Assembly (NCBI RefSeq): GCF_028641065.1
Contig: NC_073405.1
Location: 20,398,001 to 20,462,000, forward strand
From: Leucoraja erinacea
Taxonomy: Eukaryota
Length of the DNA stretch: 64,000 nt
Direction: 5' to 3'
Shown here: piece by piece, positions 1 through 12,228 of the stretch
Position numbering within the stretch: position 1 is the first letter of the stretch
Layout: each line of letters begins with the position of its first letter
Position numbers and translations under genes: made by a program
The notes under the pieces: model-generated
The model's input: only the letters and a program-made list of their open reading frames with translations
Databases searched by the model: none
What the model was told of the DNA's origin: nothing

Positions 1-3000
1 TTAAGCTAGAAAGAGCGCACAGGAGTTTTACGAGGATGTTGGCTTGACTCGAGCACCTGAACTATGGGCAGGCTAGGACTATATTTCTTGTAGCTGTGGG
101 GAAGTCTTATAGAGGTGTTAAAGCTCATGAGGAGAATGCAGAGGGTGAATTCAGTGTTTTTTATATGCCAAAGGCAGACTGGCGGGTCTAAAGTAGATGG
201 GGCATCTTAGTCGGCATGGGCAGGTTGGGCAGAAGGGCCTTTTTCCATTCTGCCTGGCTCTATGACTAAGTGAAAGGCTGATCCAGGTAAGGGAGGGTTG
301 ATAACTAACTTATGGCTCTAGAAACTATTCTAGGAAGACCATTATATTTCAATACAACATTAACTAGGGTTGCCAACTGTCCTGTATTAGTCCCGACAGT
401 TTTCCTTCGGCTTTCCAACCACAGCGAAGAAAAATCCCAGCAACAAAACGCTTTGACAGGAATCTTACATGGCAACCGCAGCCACTTCCGGCAGCACAAC
501 ATGGAGCGCCCCCCGCCGGCAAGTCAGTCCTCCCACCACAGCCCCATCCCGTACATTGGGCTAAATTGTTTTGTCCCATACGGGACCTCCCTTGTCCCGT
601 ATTTGACTGCTACTACTCGGGTCGAGGGGAATGCCAGGTCAGAGCGCCGCGTCCAGCACCGCCTCACCCGTCCCGACTGGTGGAGCCCATGGAGTGCAGC
701 AGCAGCGTCTCGCCCGTGGCCCCATCGGTGAGCAGCCCGGTCAGCTGTCCGACCTTCGGATCTTCGCTTATCGCCAACACCACCACCCCTCCTTCTCATG
801 GCCGATCATCGATTCATGAGTTGGATGGGGTGCTGGACTTTGCGTACAACAGAACATAAAGCCCAGCCGGCTGGCCAGCTGAGGAGTTTCAGCCCGGGAG
901 CCGGACTNNNNNNNNNNNNNNNNNNNNNNNNNNNNNNNNNNNNNNNNNNNNNNNNNNNNNNNNNNNNNNNNNNNNNNNNNNNNNNNNNNNNNNNNNNNNN
1001 NNNNNNNNNNNNNNNNNNNNNNNNNNNNNNNNNNNNNNNNNNNNNNNNNNNNNNNNNNNNNNNNNNNNNNNNNNNTGAGTGTGTTTGTATGTGAGTGTGT
1101 GTTTGTATGCGAGTGTGTGTATCTGCGAGTAAGTGTGTGTGTGCGCGCATGAGTGTGCGAGCGTGTGTGTGTGTGTGTATGTGTGTGCAACCTATCCCCT
1201 TGTTCCCTTCTCCTCCACATATTGATCTAACATGCCCTTCTTCTGCCTCTGATCATCTGCAGCGGCCATGTTCCCCTTGCAACGTAACTGCTTTCCTCAG
1301 GGCCTGGTGAGGAGGGTTGTCAACTGTCCCATATTAGCCGGGACATCCCTTATATTGGGCTAATTGTTTGTTCCATACGGATACGTGTAGGGAAATGGAC
1401 AGATGACACTTGGCGCAGGACCCTTCTTCACACTGATGGGGTAGAGGTGAGAGAGCAGGTAGAAAGAGGGAGAGAAAAGGGTGGTGCAAGAACTGGCAAA
1501 TAGCCACATTTGGGGTATTTTGTTCAGTTTTGGTCACCCTGCGAGAGGAATGATGTCATAAGATTTGAGCAGAATTAGGCCATTCGGCCCATCAAGCCTA
1601 ATCTGCCATTCAATAATGACTGATCCATCTTTCCCTCTGAACCCCATTCTCTTGCCATCTCCCCATAACCCCTGACAGCATTACTAATCACAAATCTGTC
1701 AATCTCCAACTAAAACATATCTATTGACTTGGCCTCTACAGCCATCCGTGGCATTGGATTTCACAGATTCACCACCCTCTGACTAAAGAAATTCCTCCTC
1801 ATCTCCCTTCTAAAAGTACATATTTTTATTGTGAGGCAATGGCCTCTGGTCCTAGATTCTCCCACTAGTGGAAACATCCTCCCCACATTCACTCTATCCA
1901 GGCCTTTCGGCAAGTTTCAATGAGGTCTCCCCTCATCTTTCTAAACTCCAGAGAATGCAGGCCCAGTGCCTTCAAATGCTCATATGTTAACTCAATCATT
2001 CCTGTGATCATTCTCGTAAACCAACTCTGGACCTTTTCTAATGTCAGTACTTCCTTCCTCAGAACTGTTCATAAGGTCATTAAGCTAGAAAGAGCGCACA
2101 GGAGTTTTACGAGGATGTTGGCTTGACTCGAGCACCTGAACTATGGGCAGGCTAGGACTATATTTCTTGTAGCTGTGGGGAAGTCTTATAGAGGTGTTAA
2201 AGCTCATGAGGAGAATACAGAGGGTGAATTCAGTGTTTTTTATATGCCAAAGGCAGACTGGCGGGTCTAAAGTAGATGGGGCATCTTAGTCGGCATGGGC
2301 AGGTTGGGCAGAAGGGCCTTTTTCCATTCTGCCTGGCTCTATGGCTAAGTGAAAGGCTGATCCAGGTAAAGGAGGGTTGATAACTAACTTATGGCTCTAG
2401 AAACTATTCTAGGAAGACCATTATATTTCAATACAACATTAACTAGGGTTGCCAACTGTCCTGTATTAGTCCTGACAGTTTTCCTTCGGCTTTCCAACCA
2501 CAGCGAAGAAAAATCCCAGCAACAAAACGCTTTGACAGGAATCTTACATGGCAACCGCAGCCACTTCCGGCAGCACGACATGGAGCGCCCCCCGCCGGCA
2601 AGTCAGTCCTCCCACCACAGCCCCATCCCGTATATTGGGCTAAATTGTTTTGTCCCATACAGGACCTCCCTTGTCCCGTATTTGACTGCTACTACTCGGG
2701 TCGAGGGGAATGCCAGGTCAGAGCGCCGCGTCCAGCACCGCCTCACCCGTCCCGACTGGTGGAGCCCATGGAGTGCAGCAGCAGCGTCTCGCCCGTGGCC
2801 CCATCGGTCGGCAGCCCGGTCAGCTGTCCGACCTTCGGATCTTCGCTTATCGCCAACACCACCACCCCTCCTTCTCATGGCCGATCATCGATTCATGAGT
2901 TGGATGGGGTGCTGGACTTTGCGTACAACAGAACATAAAGCCCAGCCGGCTGGCCAGCTGAGGAGTTTCAGCCCGGGAGCCGGACTTTGCTCGCGACGTT

Positions 3001-3378
3001 TGTGTGAGTGAGTGTGTGAGTGTGTGTGCGTGTGTGTGTGTGTGAGAGAGTGTGTGTGAGTATATGATTGAGTGTGAGTGTGTTTGTATGTGAGTGAGTG
3101 TGTGTTTGTATGCGAGTGTGTGTATCTGCGAGTAAGTGTGTGTGCGCGCGCATGAGTGTGCGAGCGTGTGTGTGTGTGTGTGCACAACCTATCCTCTTGT
3201 TCCCTTCTCCTCCACATATTGATCTAACATGCCCTTCTTCTGCCTCTGATCATCTGCAGCGGCCATGTTCCCCTTGCAACGTAACTGCTTTCCTCAGGGC
3301 CTGGTGAGTAGGGTTGTCAACTGTCCCGTATTAGCCGGGACATCCCTTATATTGGGCTAATTGTTTGTTCCATACGGA
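1..3378. repeat. ~2.08 kb tandem duplication (1-1381 repeated at 2080-3378) in SH3GL1 intron 1
   Basis: The sequence at position 1 recurs at 2080 with only scattered substitutions. The ORF track shows paired ORFs offset by 2079. The first copy contains an N gap. Confidence 0.9.
908..1075. other. Assembly gap
   Basis: Run of N. Confidence 1.
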
Positions 3379-4396
3379 GCCACCCTTGTCCTGTATTTGA
3401 CTGCTGCTATTCGGGTCGAGGGGACTGTCAGGTCGGAGCGCAGCGTCCAGCCCCACCTCACCCGTCGCGACCTAGTGCAGCCCAAGGAGTGCACCAGCAG
3501 CGCCTCGCCCGTGGCCCATTGGTCGGCAATCCGGCCAGCCGTCCGACCTTCGGACCTTCGCTTACCGCTGACACCACCACCCCTCCTTCTCATGGCCGAT
3601 CATCGGTTCATGAGTTGGATGGGGTTCTGGACTTTGCGTGCAGCAGAACACAAATCCCAGCTGACAGGCCAGCTGAGGAGTTTTGGCCTGGGCGCCAGAC
3701 GTCACATGGCCTGGGCCAAAACTCCTCAGCTGGCCCGCCAGCTGGGCTTTGTGTGCAGTCCAGCACCTGGGCCAACTCATCATTCACCCAGCCACGGCCG
3801 AGTTGGTCAACGAATTGCACCGGATTTGGTGACTTGGTTGACGTCCTGTCAGTTTCTGTGCATCAGTTGCACGCTGGTTCGGCGAAAGATCAAAATTCAA
3901 AATTTGGTTTCAACTGAATATGCATTGCTTTTGAACCATCGTGAATTCGAAATATTGTAAGTCGAAGCATTGTAAATCGAGGAGCATCTGTATTCTGTAA
4001 TCACCAGAGGGCACGCTTACAGACAGAACCTAGATCTGATACAACAGCGTGCATGCGTGTTGCATGTGCTGTCGACGCCACGCACACAAGCAATTCACCT
4101 GTCATCCAATCCCAGGCCCCCTTATGCGCATCATTTGTACGCTATATTTTGCCAATTCCTGGCAAAATGAAAAGTTCCAGTAATGTCTGGTGTTCTTTGG
4201 CATGTGCAAATATGGATAAACCTGCAAAAACGAAGAGACTGTACAGCTATAACAAGCAATGGGAAGTAAATAAGATGTGGGTTAAACCCGTCAGCAGTGA
4301 CTCGACGAAGGCCTTCTGTGCTTTATGCTGTCGGGATTTTGTCCCCTATTTTGACCCTTTGTTCCTTATTTGGGAGTGAGAAAGTTGGCTACCCTA
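2444..4396 (+). mobile_element. Composite non-autonomous hAT DNA transposon with two left ends and a relic BED-finger-like transposase start
   Basis: TIRs TAGGGTTGCCAAC...GTTGGCTACCCTA. 8-bp TSD ACATTAAC at 2436-2443 and 4397-4404. Second internal left end at 3309. Peptide 'YNKQWEVNKMWVKPVSSDSTKAFCALCCRDF' at ~4250-4340. Confidence 0.85.
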
Positions 4397-6069
4397 ACAT
4401 TAACAGACATAAAATTGATTCAGCATTATATTTCTGTCTCCTCATCTCTGCCAGTCATGAAGCAGAGCTAAACAAGTTGTAACAAAAAGACAAATAGAAA
4501 AATAATTCTGTCACATAGTCCTCGAATAACCATGTCTATGTTTCAGATTTGCTTTCCACAGATGCTGCTGAACTGGAGTATTTCCAGCTTCTATCTTTAT
4601 TTTCAGATCGCCAGCACTGAAATATTTCTCCGCAAAATAAAACAACCCCAAATGCGGATTTATGGATCAGTGAAGCAGTTGTGATAACTATGCTGCTAAT
4701 TTCCAACTAAATGGCTTCAATTGGGAATTAAAAATAGGATAAATGATCAAATGCCCAGATTCTAAAATGCCATAAAATGTGACAGAACTAGTAAACAGCA
4801 TGGCGGATCAGCACATTATAAAATAATTTAATAGATCTATTTGAAGAACACCATATGAAATTGGACAAATCACACTTGCAAATGACAAGTGTTAACAGAT
4901 CTTACTCCAGTACCACCCCTAATTACTATAAACATTTGTGAACAGAGCCACAACAATCCTTCAGTTCTTGCGGCTCTGTATCATCAAGTCAAGTCTGTTC
5001 GCCACATACGCATATGAGATGTGCAGTGAAATGAAAAGTGGGAATGCTCGCGGACTTTGTGCAAAAAAAAAACAAACAATCAAACTACAAACAGTATGTC
5101 CTTCAGTACATTATCCAACTGCCAATTATCTATACACAAACCAAGATATTGAAATATATTCTTTGTGTTAGGTACGAAAAACAAAGTGTTCAATATAAAA
5201 CAATTTAGAAACAAGTCTAGAAACAAGGAACTGGCGATGCTGGCTTATAAAAAGAACACAAAGTGCTGGAGTAACCCATCGGGCCAGGCAGCATCTCTGG
5301 AGAACATGGAAAGGTGACGTTTCAGGTCGGGATCCTATTTCAGACTAATGGGGGGGAGGGGGGGGGGGGGGGAGAGAGAGAATGAAGGCTCTAAGAAATC
5401 TTTCCTTTCCCCACAACCTCCCCCCACCCACAATCAGTCTGATGAAGGGTTCCAACCTGAAACATCACCTATCCATGTTTTCCCAGAGGTGCTGCATGAC
5501 CTAGGTAATTACTCTAGCACTTTTACTAAAATTTCTTTTTTTTAGATACAAGCCTGGTGCATTTGTATCAAGGCCAAGTGCTCTACCAAACCACATTTCA
5601 AAACAATGATTCACAGATAATTAAGAACAGATCTCGTCAGAAAGTATTTTTATTCACTCCAACTGAGAAATGATATGAAATACCCTGCATCTACAATCCA
5701 AAAAGATTTCTTACTTCTTAACAGAGGTGCATAACACCACAAAATATTTTATCCTGCCCGCAGCACAGACTCCAACACAATCTCCAACATCGCAGCAAGT
5801 GCCAGCAACCTAGAAAATCATACTTGTTGCTTTTGTATTCAAATAGATTGAAGCCCACTTTATAATTCTCCAAGGCCAAACTATCTATCAATTATATTTG
5901 TAGGAAGGAACTGCGGATGCTAGTCTAAACCAAAGATAGACATAAAAAGCTGGAGTAACTCAGTGGGTCACTACCTCTAAAAACAAATAGTTTCACGAAT
6001 AATAATCAGATACCAGAACTATTGTATAGTATGAAGAACTGAAGAAAGGACTCAACCCAAAATGTCACC

Positions 6070-6520
6070 CATTGTCTGCCCGGTAGAAGTTGGATGTCGC
6101 GGATTCGTGGCAACATCTATCTTAAGACTGACGAAGCACCTGGGGACCAGCAGACAAGCCCTAGGCCAGGCCATCAAAGAAACATCACAGGTGGCAGAGC
6201 GGAGTAGCCAGTGGCTCTGGTTGAAGAGGAAAGACCCCATTTGGTCTCCCAAATAACCAACTAGACAGATGCAGAGGGGGGTGGTTCTGGAACACCAGAA
6301 TGCACCACTGAGCCTACTGGAGACGTCGTGGGTTCAATCAGTAGACGTCTATGAAAGTAGGTGCCCACTTGATAACCCCAATGACGTGTCTGCCTAGCCT
6401 TTGTCAACATCGGAGGAGCATAGATGAGTGCAGAAGGCTCCCATCACCATCGGGAGTAAATTGATATTTGGCACTTTGGACTTGTAACATCTAGTCCTGT
6501 GTATTTGTAAACATCTTTGT
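6070..6520 (+). mobile_element. 3' fragment of a REL-endonuclease non-LTR retrotransposon (HERO-like)
   Basis: Peptide 'CPVEVGCRGFVATS...AERSSQWLWLKRKD' resembles HERO-clade C-termini. Confidence 0.6.
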
Positions 6521-8189
6521 TGTCAGCCATGATCATATTGAAAGGCGGTGCAGGCTCGAAGGACCGAATGGCCTACTCCTGCACCTTATTTCTATGTTTC
6601 TATGATATGACCAGTCCGACTGCAATAATAATTTCCAAGACTCCAGATATTAATTGCAATAACTTAAGCTACCTCTAAAAGCTATTTTTATTAAAAAGAA
6701 ACTTGCAGATAGAGATTTCCAAATTAATGATGACCTAGGTTGTTAAAAGAAAAGGAACTTTTCAAGATATTTCAAGTTGCTCTTTTCTCTTCAGCCCGTC
6801 TTGGTAGGTGTTTGATCTTTAGTTACCTTTCCAAGAACAATAATTTTCACATAAAATATAAACCTACAGTACATTTTAGAACCATGGAGGACATCATATC
6901 CATCTCCACTCCTGTTCTCACTCAATCACTGCATACATTTTCCAGTAGCCTCACAGCAAATAGCACAGATAGAAATGTCAAATTAAAATCATAACCTCAA
7001 TGTAGAAAAATATTTTTTGTGAAAAACTAATCGTTTCACGAATAATACACTCAAATACCTGAACTATTGTACATAGTACGAAGATCTGAAGAAAGGACTC
7101 GACCCAAAACGTCACCCATTCCTCCTCTCCAGAGATGCTGCCTGTCCCGCTGAGTTACTCCAGCTTTTTATGTTTATCTTCAGTTTAAACCAGGATGTGC
7201 AGTTCCTTCCTACACATACATAGTATAGTTGTTCTTCAGCATCCAAAACTTGTTCTAAATGGTCATTAGCACAGAGCAGCATATTTGCGTAATGTCCAAC
7301 AAAAAACGTTGAAGTAATCTGCTTTTTAATTTTATTCTGTCCGAAATAAATAAATAAATAACTAGATGATTAAATAAAAATCTCTAAACAACTACAGGTG
7401 CTGGTTTACACCCAAGATAAACCCGGGACAGGCAGCATTCCTGGAGAGCAGAAATGGGTGACGTTTTGGGTCGATACCGTTCTTCAGTCTATCATGTCTC
7501 TCTGGAGCAACAATTCTGATTCCCTTCATTCAGAAGCACCACAGCGAACTATATCATTCTGACTGCTGCTCCAGCTTAAGTCAGGAACTATACCATATTT
7601 GTACAGTGCAGTTATATGTTCACTTGGGATTTTTTTTTTTTGCTTTGGTCGCCAGTTACTGGTTATGGGCAATTGCTCTATTTTTTTCCATTACCCCCAG
7701 AGAATTGGCGAATGTTGTTTGTTAACTTGCTCGTTGCCCAGACGTTTCAAAGGTTGAATATTTAAGTTGTAACAGATGTTGCAACTATTTATCCATAAAA
7801 TCACGAAATACCGAATAACTTTCGAATTAACATCACAATCGAACGAGCGCTTTTCATGTCAATAAAAAGTGCTTCTGCTGTCGATTTCATAAACAATGAC
7901 GTCTAATAACTGAAGATCCGGGACAAAATCTCTAGGTTATCATTAATCAATATTTATTTTTCTTTTAAAAAAACGTTATCCTTTGTACAGAAAAAGAGAG
8001 AGAGAAAACAAAAAGTTGGATTCAACTAGAATTTGCTGACTCGTCAAGAGTCGGTTAAAACTCTAAACTGAGCCAACTGCAAGGAAAATATGCAACTTGG
8101 ACTTCTTCCCTAGCAAGCAAGTTGGAAAAAGTTGTTGGGGGAATTTGTGTTCACTGGGTCAGCGCGGCCTGTGCTGCTGGCGCTGGTTG

Positions 8190-8850
8190 AGTGATACCGG
8201 GTAGTGCGAGGGGAGCGTCACCGGGGGCACGGGCTTAGTGTTACCGGCAGCACCGGGAGAGATGGGGGGGGGCGAAGGGACTGTCGCCGAGGCCGTGAGC
8301 GGAGCGTTAGCTACAGCACCGGGGGCGTGAGCTGAGGTTCACCGAGGTACTAGTTGAGTGTCACCGGGGGTGTAAACTCGGTGTTACCGGGGGGTGCGAG
8401 CTGAGCGTTACCGGCAATACCGGTGGGCACGGGTTAAGTGTCACCGGGGACACGAGTTGAGTGTCGTCTGCGATTGCGAGGGAAATGTCACCGGCTGCAC
8501 CGGATTCGAGTCGAACGTTAGCTGCAACACCGGGGGGGGGAGAAGGGGGGAGAGTGAGGGGGAGAAGGGAAAGAGAGGGAGAAAGGGAGGAGGAGGGGGG
8601 GGGAGAGGGGGGAGGGGGTAGGGGGAGGAGAGGGAGGGGGAGAGAGGGGGAGGGTGGGGGAGAGAGGAGGGGGAGAGAGGGGGGGGGGAGAGAGGGGGGG
8701 GGGGAGAGGGGGGGGGGGAGGAGAGGAGGGAGGGAGAGAGAGAGATCGTGAGAGAGAGATCGTGAGCTGAGGGGCACCAGGGGTGGGTGCATAACATCAG
8801 CTGCAACACGGGGGGGGTGGGAGTCGAGGGAAGTGTCACCGGCAGCAGCG
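8190..8850. repeat. Degenerate GC-rich tandem repeat ('gtgttaccggg'-type units) interrupted by a G/A polypurine tract (8532-8760)
   Basis: Visible repeated tgtcaccgg/tgttaccgg motifs and a long purine-only run. Confidence 0.75.
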
Positions 8851-8923
8851 GGAGGTTCAGGCCGAGACATAATTGCAGAACCGCGGGGGGTGTGAGCTGG
8901 TTCCTCGGCCGGCCCAGACTCAC

Positions 8924-8968
8924 CTGGCTCGCCTTGTAGAACTGCTTCTTCAGCCCCGCCACCGACAT
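8924..8968 (-). CDS. SH3GL1: Endophilin A2, coding exon 1 (MSVAGLKKQFYKASQ). Remaining exons lie left of the window
   Basis: ATG at 8968-8966, 45 nt (15 codons), then CAG|GTGAGT donor (8923-8918). The peptide is the endophilin-A N-terminal helix 0. FYKASQ matches A2, whereas A1 has FHKATQ and A3 has FHKASQ. Confidence 0.9.
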
Positions 8969-9560
8969 CCTCGGGCGCTTTAAACGGAGCGAAGCTTTTC
9001 AGATTGCAGATGTATATATGTGTATATATATATATATATATTAAGAATGCGACCCCCTCCTCCAACCGACCGCGTTGTTTTAACGACAGTTTTCCTTCGG
9101 TTTTCCAACCACAGCGAAGAAAAATCCCAGCGACAAAACGCTCTGACAGGAATCTTACATGGCAACCGCAGCCACTTCCGGCAGCGCGACACGGAGCGCC
9201 CCCCGCCGGCAGGAAGCTGGAGGCGGCCGGTCAGTCCTCCCAACACAGCGCCATCCGGCGGTCAGTGCTAGCGCCGCACGCCAGCTGGAGGCGGCAGGTC
9301 AGTCCTCCCAACACAGCCCCACCCGTCGGCCAGTCCTCAAACCACAGCCCCACCCGCCGGCAGGAGGCGTCCGGTCAGATCTCCCCGCCACAGTGCCACC
9401 TGCCGGCTGGAGGCGGCCGTTCAGTCCTCTCACCACAGCGCCACCTGCCCGACAGGTCCTCCGGCCACAGCACCACCCGCCCGACCGGTCAGTCCTCCCA
9501 ACACAGCGCCATCTACCGCACCGGCATAGTGCGGGTCCCAGGCCTGCTGCCACCTGCTGC
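8969..9560 (-). promoter_or_regulatory. CpG-rich 5' UTR/promoter of SH3GL1 with ETS (CACTTCCGG) and RFX-like (CATGGCAAC) motifs and a GC-rich degenerate minisatellite
   Basis: High CpG density directly upstream of exon 1. CATGGCAAC at ~9158, CACTTCCGG at ~9173, repeated 'ggtcagtcctcccaacacagcgcca' units at 9225-9520. Confidence 0.65.
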
Positions 9561-9911
9561 TCCAGAGGAGTGAGACTCCTCTATTTCCTTCAGTTTACTT
9601 TATTGTCAGGTGTACTGAGGTACAGTGAAAAGTTTTTGTTGTGTGCTAACCAGTCAGCGGACAGACAATACACTATTATAATCGAGCTGTTCACAGTGTA
9701 CAAATACATGACGAATGAATGAATGAATGAATCTCTTTATTGTCATTACACATGGCACAACGAAATTTAAAAGTCAATCCCACGGTGCGATTCACAAGAG
9801 CAATTTTAAATATATAAGAAAAGGTAAAAATATATACATATAAAAATATAGATTTTTTTAAATGATAAAGAGGCACAGTGAAATCCTTTTTTTTGCATAC
9901 AGTTTAGTAAA

Positions 9912-11473
9912 TCTATATTACTAAAAGTCTGATCTTGACCACTTCCTGTTTTTCTGTTTCATGATTGTAGAAAAAAAGCTGCCACTTTCGGCTGTGATTT
10001 TTGGCCATCATACTCAGAGTCCCCCTCCGCTGTGCAGGACAAGAGGATTTTTCCCATCGATGAAAAATAAAAGAGTTAATGTTTAAAAAATGTTGAGATT
10101 CTCTCTGCTGCCCCTGCTGGTGTGTGGGGGGAGGAACTATAAAACCTGGAAGTGTTGTGCCTCAGTCAGTCTCTGCAAGGTGGGGGAACGTGAGAGGGTC
10201 ACATCTCGCAGTCTGAGCTGTGAATGACACTGAACACATGTCTACTAAATTGTGAGTGTGGTTTTACCGATCTTGAGTGCCCTTAATGTGGTTTGAAAAT
10301 GAAAATGTGGTTGGGTTGAAGTTAAAGCACTGCAAATGGTTCGGGGATTGAGTTGAAGTTAAAGCACTGCAAATGGTTGGTGGGGGGTTTGGGTTCAAGT
10401 TCAAGCACTGCAAACGGTTGGTGATGGGTTTGGGTTGAAGTTAAAGCACTGCAAATGGTTGGAAGTCTAAACTTGACAACTTCCTGTTTGCACTGTATAT
10501 TGATATTAGATAAAACGTTACCACTTACGGCTGTGATTTTTGACCATCTTACTCATCAGGTGCAGAGGATTCTTCCCATCAATGAAAAATAAAAGTGTTA
10601 TTTGTGCTTAAAAAATGTTGAGAATCTCTCTCCTGTCAATCACGCCATGAAGGCCACAACTTTTCCGGTGGGAGGGGGGAGGGATTATAAAACCCGGAAG
10701 TGTGGGTGTGGCTCAGTCTCTGCATGATGGGGGAGGGAGAGGACACGACTTTGTCTGAGCTGTGAATCAACTGAACACACTGAATGTCTACTGAACTGTG
10801 AGTATGGTGTTTTGTGTGGATTTATGGTGGTTTCACCCTGCTTGAAATAGTATGAAACTGCATTTGAATATGGTGGCCTTGTACCCTGCATGAAATGGTA
10901 TGAAACTGCATTTGAATTTGGTGGCCTTGCACCCTGCTTGAAGTGGTATGAAACTGCAAATTTGGTGGCCTTGCACCCTGCTTCAAGTGGTATGAAACGG
11001 CACTTGAATTCGGTGGCCTTGCACCCTGTTTGAAGTGGTCGGAAACTGCACTTGAATTCGGTGGCCTTGCACCGTGCTTTAAGTGGTAAGAAACTCCACT
11101 TGAATTTGGTGGCCTTGCGCCATGCCTGAAATGGTAGGAAAATGGATTTGAATTTGGTGGCCTTGCACCTTGCTTGAAATAGAATTTCAAGCAATAGCCA
11201 TGAGTCAACTGCTACCCCACCAGCCGTGAGTGAGCTGCCAGCACATCAGGCTTGAAGGACTGAGCTGCCACCCCAAGAATCCATTTGGCCCACAATGTCC
11301 ATACTGGCACTCTGGAGACCAGTCCCTTCAGACCACAACACCCATACCAGCGCTCAAGAAAGCCCTCCCCCCACTGGCCACCAATATTGGAATTGGTGGA
11401 GAGGTGGAATATTGCATTGGGGGACCAGCCCTCCCGTGTGAACATGGGACCCGACGGGTCCCACTTAGTCTAG
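9912..11473 (+). mobile_element. Non-autonomous Helitron with internal duplication and tandem repeats
   Basis: 5' TC after A (9911|9912). Subterminal hairpin TGGGACCCGACGGGTCCCA (11445-11463). 3' CTAG (11470-11473) followed by T. No TSD. Confidence 0.85.
10833..11177 (+). repeat. ~48-bp tandem repeat array (about 7 copies) inside the Helitron
   Basis: Unit caccctgcttgaaatggtatgaaactgcatttgaatttggtggccttg. Related shorter units at 21955-22145. Confidence 0.85.
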
Positions 11474-12228
11474 TTATTACTATAAGACGAGAGATACAGC
11501 GTGGAAACAGACCATTTGTTCCACTAATTCCGTGACGAGCACTATCCTACGCAATAGAAACAATTTACAACAGAAGCCAACTAACCTACAAATCTGTATG
11601 TCTTTTGAGTGCAGGAGGTAACCAAAGCACCTGGAGAAAACCTACGCAGTTACGGGGAGAACGTACAAACTCCGACAGACAGCAGGATCGGACCCACCTC
11701 TCTGGTGCTATAAGACAGCAACTCTACTGCTGCACCACTGTGCAGCCTAATAGGTACTACACATAAACACAATCCCAGGTTAAATACAAAGTATATAGAA
11801 ATATTCCACTGAGACTAAAAGCAAGAGTTGTCAGTTGATGTCATTGTCTCCATCTGGATCATCCAGCGAACCATCGTGCCTCTCCTTGCCTGGCCGTTCA
11901 GCTTTTGTGCCTTGGGAGGGCCTCCCGCAGCCAACCTTGAGGGAGCGGAAGGTAAGACCCTAATTCCACTTGCCGCCCCTTTGTTATTGTGTCCATTGTC
12001 GCCGACACTTCCACCCTCCTCTCTGGTCCTCGGGGATGAGTAAGAGCTGCTTCCATCTTCAGGGTGAGTTTCCAGGTTTCGTGATGCACGCCAAGCCTAC
12101 ATCCGGGGGATTTGGCCTCTGGCCTTTGATCCAACTATCTGCTGTCAAAAAATTCCCCTCCCCTTTGTAAACCCATTGTCTGCCATGCTTTATCCAACCT
12201 CTCCCCTTTTCTGGCAGAATTAGGGTCG

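Noticed and set aside
312-3960. ORFs 312..731, 2391..3011 and 3361..3960
   Set aside because: Chance frames through GC-rich hAT subterminal sequence with no recognisable domain.
8361-9065. Long Pro/Ser/Leu-rich or Gly-rich ORFs over SH3GL1 exon 1
   Set aside because: They are produced by the low-complexity purine tract. Only the 45-nt exon is supported.
10833-11177. CRISPR-like appearance of regularly spaced repeats
   Set aside because: Head-to-tail units with no unique spacers, inside a Helitron, in a eukaryote, with no cas genes.
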